From: Gammaproteobacteria bacterium
GTDB lineage: Bacteria; Pseudomonadota; Gammaproteobacteria; Pseudomonadales; Azotimanducaceae
Assembly (NCBI GenBank): GCA_009845835.1
Contig: VXYV01000037.1
Coordinates: forward strand, 12,955-76,954
Reading direction: 5' to 3'
DNA: 64,000 nt
The notes under the pieces are model-generated. The model searched no databases, was not told the DNA's origin, and worked only from the letters and a program-made list of their open reading frames with translations. Made by a program: the position numbers and the translations under genes. Shown here one piece after another: positions 9,889 to 20,397 of this stretch; position 1 is the stretch's first letter; each line of letters opens with the position of its first letter.

Positions 9889-10890
9889 TTAATGCATCCG
9901 ACAGACCGTAACATTAGCCAACGCTTCCAGACCAAATCGGAACGGATTGGGTGGTAGACTTACTAAAGATTCTATACACAGGGTAGTATGTTTTTGCGCC
10001 ATTTTATGACAGTACTCTAAACTTCCCGTTGCTTGCACCGCTTGCATCACTTCTGACAAATTTTCACTACTTCTCTGCAAAATTGCTTGGCGCACGATTT
10101 CTTTGTTTCTAAAGTCACCGTGTTGTAAAGTATGGATTAAAGGAAGAGTGGCTTTACCTTCTGCTAAATCGTCACCCACGTTTTTCCCCATCTCGACATC
10201 GTCTCCAACAAAATCAAGCCAGTCGTCGATCAATTGAAATGCCATACCTAAATGTAAACCGAACTCTCGAAGCGCGTACTGTGTGGTTTGGTTAGAACCA
10301 GCTAGTGCTCCAGCTGCCTGTGCCGAGGCTTGAAACAGCATTGCGGTCTTGTATCGAATGATCTCTAAATATTCTGCTTCTGTTAACTCAGCATTTCCGA
10401 TGTGTTGCAACTGCAAAACTTCACCTTCAGCAATCACATTAGTCGCATCACAAATAATCTCCAACATCGGCATCGAACGAATATCGACCATCAATTGAAA
10501 CGCACGGGAATAGAGGAAATCTCCAACCAAAACACTAGGAGCATTCCCCCAGACGACATTTACGGTTTGTTTTCCGCGGCGACGGGTCGAAACATCAACA
10601 ACATCATCATGTAAAAGAGTCGCGGTATGTAAAAATTCAACAAGAGTAGCTAGTTTGATATGGTCTTGACCCGAATAATTGCATACCGCAGCAGCGAGCA
10701 GGACGACTAATGGTCGGAGACGTTTTCCACCGGCACCGACTATGTACTTTGCGACTTCGACGACAAGTGGTATATCGGATTGTAAATCACTATGAATCCG
10801 CTGGTTAACCGTCTCGAAATCACTTTTTACAAGAGCGAAAACTTGATCGATACTGGGATCGCTAAGTAATTCGGCAAGTTTGGTGTGCAT
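9889..10890 (-). CDS. ispB: Octaprenyl-diphosphate synthase
   Basis: The polyprenyl synthase DDxxD motifs LLHDDVVD and LIDDWLD are present. The gene is divergent from rplU-rpmA, as in other Gammaproteobacteria. The start is set at the second Met (MHTKLAELL). Confidence 0.9.
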   Translation of the reverse strand: MHTKLAELLSDPSIDQVFALVKSDFETVNQRIHSDLQSDIPLVVEVAKYIVGAGGKRLRPLVVLLAAAVCNYSGQDHIKLATLVEFLHTATLLHDDVVDVSTRRRGKQTVNVVWGNAPSVLVGDFLYSRAFQLMVDIRSMPMLEIICDATNVIAEGEVLQLQHIGNAELTEAEYLEIIRYKTAMLFQASAQAAGALAGSNQTTQYALREFGLHLGMAFQLIDDWLDFVGDDVEMGKNVGDDLAEGKATLPLIHTLQHGDFRNKEIVRQAILQRSSENLSEVMQAVQATGSLEYCHKMAQKHTTLCIESLVSLPPNPFRFGLEALANVTVCRMH

Positions 10891-11285
10891 CTTTTTAACG
10901 TATCTTGTTTCGAACAAAGACTGAATGGTTAAGCTAGGCAAGCCACATCGAAAATTTTATTTTCCTAAGAACTCTGGCGAAAGTACGCGTTGTACCAATC
11001 TGAGTTTTGGTTTACTCACATTAGGCATTCACTTAACCTTTTCGTTGAGGTAACTTAGTTTTTTGGGGAACTGAAAATCAACTACCGTAAGGAGTTAATA
11101 TTAAATCTTGCGATCGACTTTAACAGACGGTAACCTCATTAGAGGCGTATGTACATTGGGCATGAAAATAAGCTGTTTGTGAATTCGATTAAAATTATCC
11201 GTTCACTTAAGTAATGTTCTAGTCTGATCGCTGAGCTGGAACGAACCTACCACTAATTTATCATTTCAGCAATTTGGATTCATTT

Positions 11286-11621
11286 ATGATAGCGGTAATC
11301 GAAAGCGGCGGGAAACAACATCGAGTATCCCCTGGCTACCGACTCTCTCTCGAACGTTTAAATGCACAAACTGGTGAAGAAATTGATTTCGCTTCAGTTT
11401 TGCTCGTCGAAGATGACGATCGAGTTGAGATTGGGAAACCTTATGTACCTAATGCTAGTGTAAAAGCTCGAGTTCTCTCACATGTACGCGATCCTAAAGT
11501 CATGGTGCTTAAATTTAAGCGACGAAAGAATTACTTGCGTCGCCATGGTCACCGACAACACAAGACGATCATAGAAATTTTATCGATTAATGTAGGAAAG
11601 GATGTAAAAGATGGCACATAA
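11286..11621 (+). CDS. rplU: 50S ribosomal protein L21
   Basis: [14 protein letters not shown] is the canonical N-terminus. ATG 11286 is preferred over the upstream TTG 11274. Confidence 0.95.
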   Translation: MIAVIESGGKQHRVSPGYRLSLERLNAQTGEEIDFASVLLVEDDDRVEIGKPYVPNASVKARVLSHVRDPKVMVLKFKRRKNYLRRHGHRQHKTIIEILSINVGKDVKDGT

Positions 11622-11871
11622 AAAAGCCGGTGGTAAAACTCGTAACGGGCGAGATTCAGAATCAAAACGTCTTGGTGTAAAAAAGTATGGTGGACAAACC
11701 GTCCGCGCTGGTAATATTCTGGTTCGACAACGTGGTACCAAGTTTCACCCAGGTATGAATGTAGGGTGCGGGAGAGATCACACGCTCTTTGCCAAAGCCG
11801 ATGGAGTTGTTCAATTTCGACTTCATGGCCCCTTACAACGTAACTACGTGAGCGTACTACCTACCGCCTAG
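11611..11871 (+). CDS. rpmA: 50S ribosomal protein L27
   Basis: The sequence begins [24 protein letters not shown]. It overlaps rplU by 11 nt. Confidence 0.96.
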   Translation: MAHKKAGGKTRNGRDSESKRLGVKKYGGQTVRAGNILVRQRGTKFHPGMNVGCGRDHTLFAKADGVVQFRLHGPLQRNYVSVLPTA

Positions 11872-11905
11872 TTCTTGTTTCTCCACTTCCGAGAGAAACA
11901 ATTCC

Positions 11906-13057
11906 ATGAAATTTCTCGATGAAGTCTCCATCACCGTATGTAGTGGTCGAGGTGGCGATGGGTGTATGAGCTTTTTACGACGCGCCAATTTCGCCAAAGG
12001 TGGTCCCGACGGTGGAAACGGAGGACACGGTGGTTCTGTATATCTTGTTGGTGATTCTTCACTCACTACACTTGTTGATCTTCAGTATCAACCAATACAG
12101 AAGGCCGGGAACGGGCGGCCAGGTGGTAGCGCGAATAAAAGAGGTGCACAAGGTTTTTCACTAGAAATCTGCGTCCCATTTGGTACTACCATCGTCGATG
12201 ATGAAACTTTAAGTGTGTTAGGCGATGTCACACACGAAAATCAGCGAGTGAAGGTGGCAGAAGGGGGTAGTCCAGGACGAGGTAACGCCTCCTTTAAGAC
12301 TAGTACCAACCGCGCTCCACGCGAGTTTACTACCGGAACTTCTGGAGTCCGTCGAATACTTCGTCTACAGCTTAAAGTTGTCGCTGATGTTGGACTACTA
12401 GGTTTACCTAACGCGGGAAAAACCACGTTGTTAAGTCGAATCTCTGCAGCGCACCCGAAAATTGCGGACTATCCGTTTACAACTCTGCGACCACATTTAG
12501 GTGTGGTGCGTCCTCAATCAGACAACAGTTTTGTAGTCGCCGACATTCCGGGATTGATTCGGGGCGCGTCGGAAGGCCTAGGGTTGGGGACTCGGTTTCT
12601 ACGACATTTAAGTCGAACTTGCATGCTAGTACATTTAATCGAAGTAAACCCACCGGATGGGTCAGATCCTATTCAAAATCTGCTTGATATTGAGCAAGAG
12701 CTTGCCCGGTATAGCACAATTCTTACGACTTTTCCTATCGTAATTGTTTTGTCCAAAGTGGACTTGTTACCAAAATCGGAATGGACATCTAAAGTCAACG
12801 CGTTAAAGCAACGATTTCCTGACAGGCAGATTCACGCCATATCGGCAGTTAGTAATATTGGGATTGAACAACTGCTCACTGAGTTATCGACCACGGTACA
12901 GAATCTGAGAAATGGATCTACGGAAGACTTAGATTCAGAACTAGAAGAACGCGATAGACGTGCTCAACTTGCAAAAGATGTATTGGTACATTCGATGAAG
13001 GATCGAACCAGAATTCAAGCCAAGGACGATTCGGAATTGAGGAATTCCTGTCCTTGA
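11906..13057 (+). CDS. obgE: GTPase Obg/CgtA
   Basis: The Obg fold starts MKFLDEVSI..GGDGC, with G1 GLPNAGKTT and G3 DIPGLI. It follows rpmA as usual. Confidence 0.95.
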   Translation: MKFLDEVSITVCSGRGGDGCMSFLRRANFAKGGPDGGNGGHGGSVYLVGDSSLTTLVDLQYQPIQKAGNGRPGGSANKRGAQGFSLEICVPFGTTIVDDETLSVLGDVTHENQRVKVAEGGSPGRGNASFKTSTNRAPREFTTGTSGVRRILRLQLKVVADVGLLGLPNAGKTTLLSRISAAHPKIADYPFTTLRPHLGVVRPQSDNSFVVADIPGLIRGASEGLGLGTRFLRHLSRTCMLVHLIEVNPPDGSDPIQNLLDIEQELARYSTILTTFPIVIVLSKVDLLPKSEWTSKVNALKQRFPDRQIHAISAVSNIGIEQLLTELSTTVQNLRNGSTEDLDSELEERDRRAQLAKDVLVHSMKDRTRIQAKDDSELRNSCP

Positions 13058-13091
13058 TAAAAGTTATGTTATATTTACCGAAAACGAGTCA

Positions 13092-13361
13092 TTAAACGCC
13101 GGCTAACGTTTTAATTTTGCTATTTAACTTAGACTTATGTCGTGCTGCTTTATTTTTATGGATTAGTCCACGATTAACCATAGAATCGATCACTGGGACT
13201 GCGGCACGATACGATTCGTCAGCTGCTACGGCATCCCCTTCTGTTATATGGGATTCAACTCTCTTGATGAATGTACGGTATTTTGAACGATGCGTGGAGT
13301 TTATTTGCCGCCGAGCCTCTGCTTGACGGGCACGCTTCTTTGCTTGGGGGCTATTTGCCAA
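13092..13361 (-). CDS. rpsT: 30S ribosomal protein S20
   Basis: The sequence begins MANSPQAKKRARQAEARRQIN. The gene is divergent from murJ. Confidence 0.95.
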   Translation of the reverse strand: MANSPQAKKRARQAEARRQINSTHRSKYRTFIKRVESHITEGDAVAADESYRAAVPVIDSMVNRGLIHKNKAARHKSKLNSKIKTLAGV

Positions 13362-13465
13362 ATGTGTACCTATAGCAAATCCGAATTGGTGGAAATGAAT
13401 ACTGATGTATCCGTGAGAGTGGAAATTATAAGGAAGCCTGTGAAATCTCGATTAGTTGATTCATT

Positions 13466-15061
13466 GTGACAGCAAACAAAATTGAACGACCCGCTTTAGA
13501 CACTAGACAACTTGGCGTCAAAAGTTTAACCGTTGGCTCTCTTACTGGAGGGTCACGAGTTCTTGGCCTGGTTCGAGAAATCGTGTTTTCTTATACGTTT
13601 GGGGCTAGTTTGATTGCCGATGCCTTTTTTGTTGCGTTTCGCATCCCCAATTTTTTTCGACGACTACTAGCTGAAGGCGCTTTTGCGCAAGCTTTCGTTC
13701 CAGTGCTGGCGCGGTACCAAGGAAATAAGCAATTTGACGAACTACAACTATTTGTGCGCACGATCGCGGGTAATTTCGGACTCTCGTTACTGGTTATTTG
13801 TGCGTTAGGAGTTGCACTAGCTCCAGCACTAATTACGGTATTCACCTTTGGTGCTTGGCATGGAGACGAACAACAGGGATTAGCAACTAGTTTGCTAATG
13901 ATCATGTTCTCCTACTTAGGCCTGATTTCCTTTACGGCATTTTTAGGTTCAATTCTTAATAGTTTTGGTCGTTTTTCGATACCGTCATTTTCACCTATTG
14001 TGTTAAACGTGGCGATTATTCTTGCCGCTCTATTGGGCTCTATAACTGCTGATCAACCAGTTTACTTAGTTGCATGGTCGGTAATCGTCGCGGGCGTAGT
14101 CCAACTGTTACTTCATTTGCCTTCTTTGATCAAACTTCGCTTGTTCAAATTACCGAAGTTGGACTGGAAACATGTAGGGGTACAGCAGTTATTGAAATTG
14201 TTAGGGCCAGCAGTATACGCTGCATCTGCTGGTCAGATAAACATTTTGGTTGGTACTGGTTTAGCAGCATTACTCACAACTGGTAGTGTTTCATGGCTCT
14301 ATTACGCTGATCGCTTGATCGAACTACCGGTCGGCATGATCGCAATTGCGGTTCAAACTGTCGTGTTACCACGGTTTAGCTATTTGTACGATCGTAAGAA
14401 GTATGATGAGTACAGGGCAGGAGTTAGATGGAGTTTGGAGTTAGGAATCTTGCTTGGTGTACCTGCTACACTAGGTTTAAGTTTACTTGCCGTTCCATTA
14501 GTTGCGACGATTTTTTATCATGGAGAATTCAACAGTATTGATCTACAAATGGTAGCACGCGCTCTGCAAGCTTTTTCCATCGGCGTATTACCACTTATGT
14601 TAGTTCGTATGCTAGCGCCAGCTTTTTTTGCACAACAAAACACGAAAACACCTTTTAAGTATACGACGATTAGTGTTGCCACGAACATCATTGTGAGTGT
14701 AAGTTTGTTTAAACTTATCGGTCATGTTGGGATAGCGATTGCAACTAGCGTAGCGGCAATCGTACATATTGTGTTATTGGTTCAAGGATTAATCAAACGA
14801 AACGTCCTCAGTTTGAATCGTGAGTTGTATTTTGTCTGTCTGAGAGTAGGAGGTGCAGGGATCGCTATGAGTTTATTCCTAGTCTTACTCCGCCCTGAAC
14901 AGGTATATTGGTTTGAAAGTTCTGCTTGGGATCGAGTCGTGTGGCTATTTTTGCTTGTTAGCACTGGAACCATCACGTATTTTGGAATTTGTTTCATACT
15001 TGGTTTACGTCCGAGACAGTTCATCGGTCAAAGGGATCAGAGAATTCGTGAGAGTCATTAG
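13466..15061 (+). CDS. murJ: Lipid II flippase MurJ (MviN)
   Basis: 531 aa with about 14 TM helices. The N-terminus SRVLGLVREIVFSYTFGAS..DAFFVAFRIPNFFRRLLAEGAF is diagnostic. The start is GTG. Confidence 0.93.
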   Translation: MTANKIERPALDTRQLGVKSLTVGSLTGGSRVLGLVREIVFSYTFGASLIADAFFVAFRIPNFFRRLLAEGAFAQAFVPVLARYQGNKQFDELQLFVRTIAGNFGLSLLVICALGVALAPALITVFTFGAWHGDEQQGLATSLLMIMFSYLGLISFTAFLGSILNSFGRFSIPSFSPIVLNVAIILAALLGSITADQPVYLVAWSVIVAGVVQLLLHLPSLIKLRLFKLPKLDWKHVGVQQLLKLLGPAVYAASAGQINILVGTGLAALLTTGSVSWLYYADRLIELPVGMIAIAVQTVVLPRFSYLYDRKKYDEYRAGVRWSLELGILLGVPATLGLSLLAVPLVATIFYHGEFNSIDLQMVARALQAFSIGVLPLMLVRMLAPAFFAQQNTKTPFKYTTISVATNIIVSVSLFKLIGHVGIAIATSVAAIVHIVLLVQGLIKRNVLSLNRELYFVCLRVGGAGIAMSLFLVLLRPEQVYWFESSAWDRVVWLFLLVSTGTITYFGICFILGLRPRQFIGQRDQRIRESH

Positions 15062-16001
15062 AGGAATTCACAATGTAATGAACACGGATCGTGGCGGTAC
15101 TTGTACCGTCGGTACCTTTGACGGTATCCATTTAGGCCATCAAAGGGTAATTACGACATTGGTTAATCGTGCTATTGAATTTGGTACTCATCCACTTGTG
15201 ATTCTGTTTGAACCTCAGCCCAACGAATATTTTTTGAAAACGGAAGCACCGCCTCGATTAACGAGTTTTCGAGAAAAACTTGTTCTACTTGCAGATTTGG
15301 GTGTACAACATGTACTGTGTATTCGATTCGACGAATCTACACGTTCAATGACTGCAGACTCGTTTATTCGAACCGTACTGGTCGATTCATTGAAGATTAA
15401 GCATTTGGTGGTCGGTCGAGACTTTAAGTTTGGTCGGCAAGCGAAGGGTAACATAGGTATGCTTAGATCGGCAGCGCATGACTATGAGTTCACGGTGGAA
15501 CAGGTAGACGATCTAGAGATTCAGGATACAAAGGTCTCCAGTACACGGCTTAGAAAAGCATTTGAATGTAGTGACTTTTCCTTGGTACGATCGTGTTTGG
15601 GTCGATCTTATTTCATCCAAGGACGAGTCGTGAAAGGTCGACAACTAGGGACTACATTAGGAGTACCTACCGTTAACATTCCATTGAATCGGTCGCGTTC
15701 TCCACTAGAAGGTGTATTTGCAGTGACTATCGACGGTATAGAACGAACCCACTTCGGCGCTGCTTACATCGGTTCCGCAAACTCGGGAAGTTCAAGTGGA
15801 CAGGTGTTAGAAGTACACATTTTTGACTTTGATCGAGATGTCTACGGAAGTGAACTACGTATTACTTTTTTAAAAAAGTTCCGCGCTGATCGACAATTCG
15901 ACGACAACAGGACTCTGCGTGAGTACATGTTAGCCGACATACGCCAGATTAAACAATGGATCCAGGCAACTGTTACCGTACTAGCACCACAAAATTCTTA
16001 A
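15048..16001 (+). CDS. ribF: Bifunctional riboflavin kinase / FAD synthetase
   Basis: VRVIRGIHN...GTFDGIHLGHQ matches the RibF N-terminus. GTG 15048 is chosen because the track start 14913 lies inside murJ. Confidence 0.9.
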   Translation: MRVIRGIHNVMNTDRGGTCTVGTFDGIHLGHQRVITTLVNRAIEFGTHPLVILFEPQPNEYFLKTEAPPRLTSFREKLVLLADLGVQHVLCIRFDESTRSMTADSFIRTVLVDSLKIKHLVVGRDFKFGRQAKGNIGMLRSAAHDYEFTVEQVDDLEIQDTKVSSTRLRKAFECSDFSLVRSCLGRSYFIQGRVVKGRQLGTTLGVPTVNIPLNRSRSPLEGVFAVTIDGIERTHFGAAYIGSANSGSSSGQVLEVHIFDFDRDVYGSELRITFLKKFRADRQFDDNRTLREYMLADIRQIKQWIQATVTVLAPQNS

Positions 16002-16005
16002 GGAG
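16001..16005 (+). promoter_or_regulatory. Shine-Dalgarno AGGAG for lspA
   Basis: AGGAG lies 7 nt upstream of GTG 16013. Confidence 0.6.
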
Positions 16006-16012
16006 TATCTTT

Positions 16013-16531
16013 GTGCATGATCGAGTCAAACAGACAGTTTCTATAGTTTTTCTGTATGTTCCTACTAGTGTAATTATTGTGATCGATCAATTCACGAAGC
16101 ATCTAGCCAGTTCTTATCTGGATTGGATACCCGACAAGATACTACCTTTCTTTTCTCTGACTCTTGCCTGTAACACCGGTGCTGCGTTCAGTATGTTCAA
16201 GGGTGCAGGGGGAATTTTGTTGTGGATTGGGATTGCGTTCTCGTTATTTTTTATCTATCAAATATATCGCTCTAGAAGCGGTCGACTAGTGGAGTTCGCT
16301 GGATATTCCTGTATTTTAGCTGGTGCGGTAGGAAATGTGATCGACCGCTTATTTCGAGGTTGCGTGATCGACTTTTTGCACTTTCATGCAGGTTCTCCAG
16401 GCGAGTTTGGCGGTTATCCGTACAACTTTCCGATTTTCAACGTCGCTGATACCGCGATCACCGTTGGCTTTATTTTGATTATTTGGGTGTTGTTCACCAA
16501 TGCTCGTCGCGAGAAACCAGAGCTTGAGTGA
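16013..16531 (+). CDS. lspA: Lipoprotein signal peptidase II
   Basis: The catalytic Asp motifs GNVIDRL and FNVADTAI are present, with four TM helices. The GTG start follows an AGGAG. Confidence 0.9.
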   Translation: MHDRVKQTVSIVFLYVPTSVIIVIDQFTKHLASSYLDWIPDKILPFFSLTLACNTGAAFSMFKGAGGILLWIGIAFSLFFIYQIYRSRSGRLVEFAGYSCILAGAVGNVIDRLFRGCVIDFLHFHAGSPGEFGGYPYNFPIFNVADTAITVGFILIIWVLFTNARREKPELE

Positions 16532-16575
16532 GTTTACCTTGAAGTGAGAATCTCCAGAAGAAATCGAGACGCGGA

Positions 16576-17499
16576 TTAGCGAATCGGGACACGCGGTTTA
16601 AGTCGTATTTCTTCCCCTCGCTGGGGTTTATCGAGTAATCCAAAAGTAAGTGTGTTTAAGATACTACGATCTTTATTACGAACGCGTGGTTTGATGACTA
16701 ATTCACCATCTTCATTGAATCCTTGATAGTCAGGGAAATTGCGCGCGAGTACTTCGAGAGCATCGTCTCGAGCTTCAGTTAATCCCAATCGATGATTTGC
16801 TTCTACCAAGACGACTAACGCAAATGGTATCACTTCGGTACGAGGATAGTGCTCAATGACTTCGCGGGCACGCGTCACTGCCGAAAGCCAAGTGTCTCTC
16901 TGAAGATAGAAGACGGCGACGGCTAATTCTGACTCAGCCATAACGTTACGTAAGTGATACATTCGTAATTGCGCGTCTTTTGCGTAGATACTGTCGGGAA
17001 ATTGATTCAGAAACTGAGCGAACAGAGTGAAAGCTTCCTTAGCCCCTGAAATATCCCTGAGTGGTTCTGGTGTACCTAGCAAAATGTCGAAAAAACCTCG
17101 ATCTCGTTGGAAACTCGATAACCCTTTCATGTAGTATGCGTAATCGACATTCTGATGTTGTGGATGAAGATTAATGAAGCGGTCTGCTGCGAGGATAGCA
17201 GAGTCATAATCGGTTCGCATATAGTTTGCGTAGATAAGTTCAAGTTGTGCTTGTTCGGCCGAACGACCAAAAGGAAAATACGATTCCAACAGTTCAAGCT
17301 GTTCAATGGCTTCCACGTAATTTCCGATAAGGAGCGCTCGTTGTGCACGTTCGTGTAATTCGGTCTCCGTGATTCCTTCATCAAATTCGGGATCATTTTG
17401 TGAACCTCGGTTACCAGCACAACCATAGAACAACAAGCAAACCAACAGTACTGCGAGGATTTTGTAAATGATTGGCACAATGACACCTGAACTTAACAT
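16576..17499 (-). CDS. bamD: Outer membrane protein assembly factor BamD
   Basis: It has the lipobox LLFYGCAG and TPR-like repeats. It is divergent from rluD, a conserved pairing. Confidence 0.88.
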   Translation of the reverse strand: MLSSGVIVPIIYKILAVLLVCLLFYGCAGNRGSQNDPEFDEGITETELHERAQRALLIGNYVEAIEQLELLESYFPFGRSAEQAQLELIYANYMRTDYDSAILAADRFINLHPQHQNVDYAYYMKGLSSFQRDRGFFDILLGTPEPLRDISGAKEAFTLFAQFLNQFPDSIYAKDAQLRMYHLRNVMAESELAVAVFYLQRDTWLSAVTRAREVIEHYPRTEVIPFALVVLVEANHRLGLTEARDDALEVLARNFPDYQGFNEDGELVIKPRVRNKDRSILNTLTFGLLDKPQRGEEIRLKPRVPIR

Positions 17500-17952
17500 G
17501 GGTAGTATTTTAGTCCTCAGTATTTGGTATTTCAGTAACTTCGATTTTAGATAGCCATACCTTGCTTTGCCGAGTTCATAATCATTAAGAGAACAAAAGT
17601 TGTGTAGTGGGTTCGTTAAGATAAGTACACCGACCCGTTAAACCCGTTTTCTCGGAGGTGGTGTTAGGCACTCCCGATATTTGCTTGGTCCGTCGTACTT
17701 GCGGTGTTTTTCACTTACAGTCGGAATCGATGGTTTGATTGACGAAGAGACTTTGCATTGAATAACAAAACCTTCGCAAGTTTGATTTGACCAGTATTCT
17801 TAATAATCACGGTGGTTCCGGTTTATTATCCTAACTGTATCGTTGTTAAACGCGGTATGAAAGGATATTATGTATGCTACAAGCCACGCATAATTAGGCA
17901 CTCTTGAATGCAATTTGAACGAAACATCTTCGACCATATCGAATGATTAACG

Positions 17953-18918
17953 GTGGAATTATTTAAAAGCAAATATAAGATTCCAAGTGAATACGAAGGT
18001 GAGCGTATTGACAAGGTGTTAGCTAAACTATGTGTTGGCGTATCGCGGTCGCAGATTAGTGCTTGGATTCAAAGTTCTACAGTGTTCGTGAACAATTCTG
18101 TAGTTAAAGCATCGTATCGGGTGAAGGGTGGTGAGTTAGTTGCTGTGGGAGGGATGCTGAATCCGACGCCAAATTGGACAGTTACCGCAGACGTAGATTA
18201 CAAGATTTTGTTTGAAGATGAACACTTAATCGTTGTTGATAAACCTGCTGGGCTAGTTACCCATCCTGGCAAAGGGAACGAACGGGGCACTTTAGTGAAC
18301 GGGTTAATTGGTCATCGAACAGAACTTGCGAACTTACCGCGTGCTGGTATCGTTCATCGTTTAGACAAATATACGTCTGGATTACTAGTCGTGGCGGTTT
18401 CAAGAACAGCACTTAACGAATTGACCCTCGCGATCAGTAAACACGAGATATCAAGACGATATGTTGCAATAGTCGAAGGTATACTTGAACACAATGTAAG
18501 GGTTGATCTACCTATAGGCAGACATGTAACACAACGTACCCTTCGTCAGGTCAGAAACGATGGAAGACCAGCTGTTACTGATTTTCAACCAATCGAACGG
18601 TATTGCAAACACACTTTGGTAGAGGCAAAGTTACATACTGGAAGAACTCATCAAATTCGAGTGCATGCACAAGCTCTGTCAATACCTATTGTCGGCGACG
18701 TTGCTTATGGAGCGCGCGGCTTGTTACCGAAGCTACCAAGTGTAGAATTATCGAAGACTGTGAAAGCATTCGGTCGACAAGCGCTTCATGCCAAGAGGTT
18801 GCAGTTTAGGCATCCTGTCACGCAGAAGGACATGAAATTTGTTAGCCAAACACCAACTGATATACAGGAGCTCATCTACGTACTGCAGCGAGATGCAAAA
18901 ACGTCGAGTCGTGCTTGA
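17953..18918 (+). CDS. rluD: 23S rRNA pseudouridine(1911/1915/1917) synthase
   Basis: It has an S4 domain at the N-terminus and the catalytic HRLDKYTSGLLVVA. The RluA-family C-terminus is HQIRVH. Confidence 0.92.
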   Translation: MELFKSKYKIPSEYEGERIDKVLAKLCVGVSRSQISAWIQSSTVFVNNSVVKASYRVKGGELVAVGGMLNPTPNWTVTADVDYKILFEDEHLIVVDKPAGLVTHPGKGNERGTLVNGLIGHRTELANLPRAGIVHRLDKYTSGLLVVAVSRTALNELTLAISKHEISRRYVAIVEGILEHNVRVDLPIGRHVTQRTLRQVRNDGRPAVTDFQPIERYCKHTLVEAKLHTGRTHQIRVHAQALSIPIVGDVAYGARGLLPKLPSVELSKTVKAFGRQALHAKRLQFRHPVTQKDMKFVSQTPTDIQELIYVLQRDAKTSSRA

Positions 18919-19083
18919 CATTGGCGAGTAGCACCTGTTAACTTGAAGTGTATCTGCAAAATTTGTTGCAGTGTTCCTCTATCGTTTAGGAGTTATGCAT
19001 CTCAACATAGCACAATTGTGTGAGTATTGAGACACCTATCTTGCGGAAAAACAGGCATTGAATTGACAATCGAGGTGAATAAA

Positions 19084-20103
19084 TTGAAGATTTACTACGA
19101 CAAAGATACAGATCTATCGATAATTCAAAACATGAATGTGGCCGTTTTAGGATACGGCTCGCAAGGATTTGCTCATGCACACAATCTTCGACAAAGTGGG
19201 ATCAAGAATCTGGTGGTTGGTCTTAGAGAAACCTCTAGTTCTGCCACCAAGGCTCGGGAAGCAGGATTTTCCGTTGCAACCGTCTCGGATGCGGTGCAGA
19301 ACTCTCATTTTGTAATGATCTTGTTACCGGACGAAAACCAAAGCGATGTATATCGTACCGAGATTGAACCTCATCTTAACGAAGGCGCTACTATCGCCTT
19401 TGCACACGGTTTCAATATTCACTATGAGTTAATCGAACCACGATCTGACTTAGACGTGATCATGATTGCACCTAAGGGACCGGGACATACAGTACGCGCT
19501 AATTACGAGAAAGGTATCGGTATCCTAGCTTTAATCGCGATTGCCCAAGATAAATCCCACCGGGCGCGTGAAACCGCGTTATCGTACGCTGCTGCAATAG
19601 GTGCAGGTCGCGCAGGTATTTTGGAGACTACGTTCCGCGAAGAAACAGAAACTGATTTGTTCGGGGAACAGGTGGTATTGTGTGGTGGTGCCGCTGCTCT
19701 CGTTCAAGCCGGTTTTGAAACCTTAGTGGAAGCAGGTTATGCGCCGGAAATGGCTTACTTTGAATGCTTGCACGAATTAAAGTTAATCGTAGATTTTTTC
19801 TATGAGGGAGGAATCACCAATATGTGGTATACAGTTTCCAATACCGCTGAATATGGAGGATTATCTCGAGGTCATAGGATCGTTAATGAAGAATCAAAAA
19901 AAGAAATGAAACGTATCTTGGAAGAAATACAAACCGGTGTTTTTGCAAGTGAATTTGTGACCGAGAGTTTGGCGGGAGCACCCGTTGTGAAGTCTAAGAG
20001 ACGCCTAGCCGAAGCTCATCAAATTGAGAAAGTAGGTTCTAGGTTGCGTGCACTCATGCCATGGATTAACGAAGCGAAACTAGTTGATCGAGATAAAAAT
20101 TAA
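19084..20103 (+). CDS. ilvC: Ketol-acid reductoisomerase (class I)
   Basis: (L)[13 protein letters not shown] and [17 protein letters not shown] are present. The TTG 19084 start gives 339 aa, which is class I length, and is preceded by GAGGTG. The track start 19027 adds 19 atypical residues. Confidence 0.9.
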   Translation: MKIYYDKDTDLSIIQNMNVAVLGYGSQGFAHAHNLRQSGIKNLVVGLRETSSSATKAREAGFSVATVSDAVQNSHFVMILLPDENQSDVYRTEIEPHLNEGATIAFAHGFNIHYELIEPRSDLDVIMIAPKGPGHTVRANYEKGIGILALIAIAQDKSHRARETALSYAAAIGAGRAGILETTFREETETDLFGEQVVLCGGAAALVQAGFETLVEAGYAPEMAYFECLHELKLIVDFFYEGGITNMWYTVSNTAEYGGLSRGHRIVNEESKKEMKRILEEIQTGVFASEFVTESLAGAPVVKSKRRLAEAHQIEKVGSRLRALMPWINEAKLVDRDKN

Positions 20104-20214
20104 CAAGTTGGTGAACTAATCTTTAAACACGGGCTTCTGATGATAAGTCGACGTACCAAACTACGGGGAAATGAGACTAGTTGCTTTGTTGTCGTGAAGT
20201 TGTGGCGTGAAACC

Positions 20215-20343
20215 CTATTTCCAGAATACGAAGGTTGTTAAGGCAACAATAATAGTTAGCAAAATCAGGCTAAAAATCACTCCTCTTTTTTGTCTAGAGA
20301 AGCCAATCAAACTTTCGATCAACGATATGATTAAATCTAACAT
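20215..20343 (-). CDS. Possible small hydrophobic peptide (42 aa); speculative
   Basis: My own reading gives ATG 20343 ... TAG 20215, encoding MLDLIISLIESLIGFSRQKRGVIFSLILLTIIVALTTFVFWK. It has one clear TM helix and sits in an otherwise empty 290-nt gap. I saw no obvious SD. Confidence 0.25.
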   Translation of the reverse strand: MLDLIISLIESLIGFSRQKRGVIFSLILLTIIVALTTFVFWK

Positions 20344-20397
20344 AGCGTACCTAAGGGGTCAACTATTGAACTAATAAGTCAGGGTGAGTTTACCGTC

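Noticed and set aside
9732-9935. 67-aa minus-strand ORF
   Set aside because: It is simply a translation through tRNA-Pro(CGG) and the ispB 3' end, not a gene.
14913-15047. Upstream extension of ribF given by the track; similar extensions exist for ispB (to 10941), lspA (15956), ilvC (19027) and tgt (53903)
   Set aside because: The extensions overlap the preceding genes or add residues not matching the conserved N-termini. Internal ATG/GTG/TTG starts reproduce the canonical N-terminal sequences.
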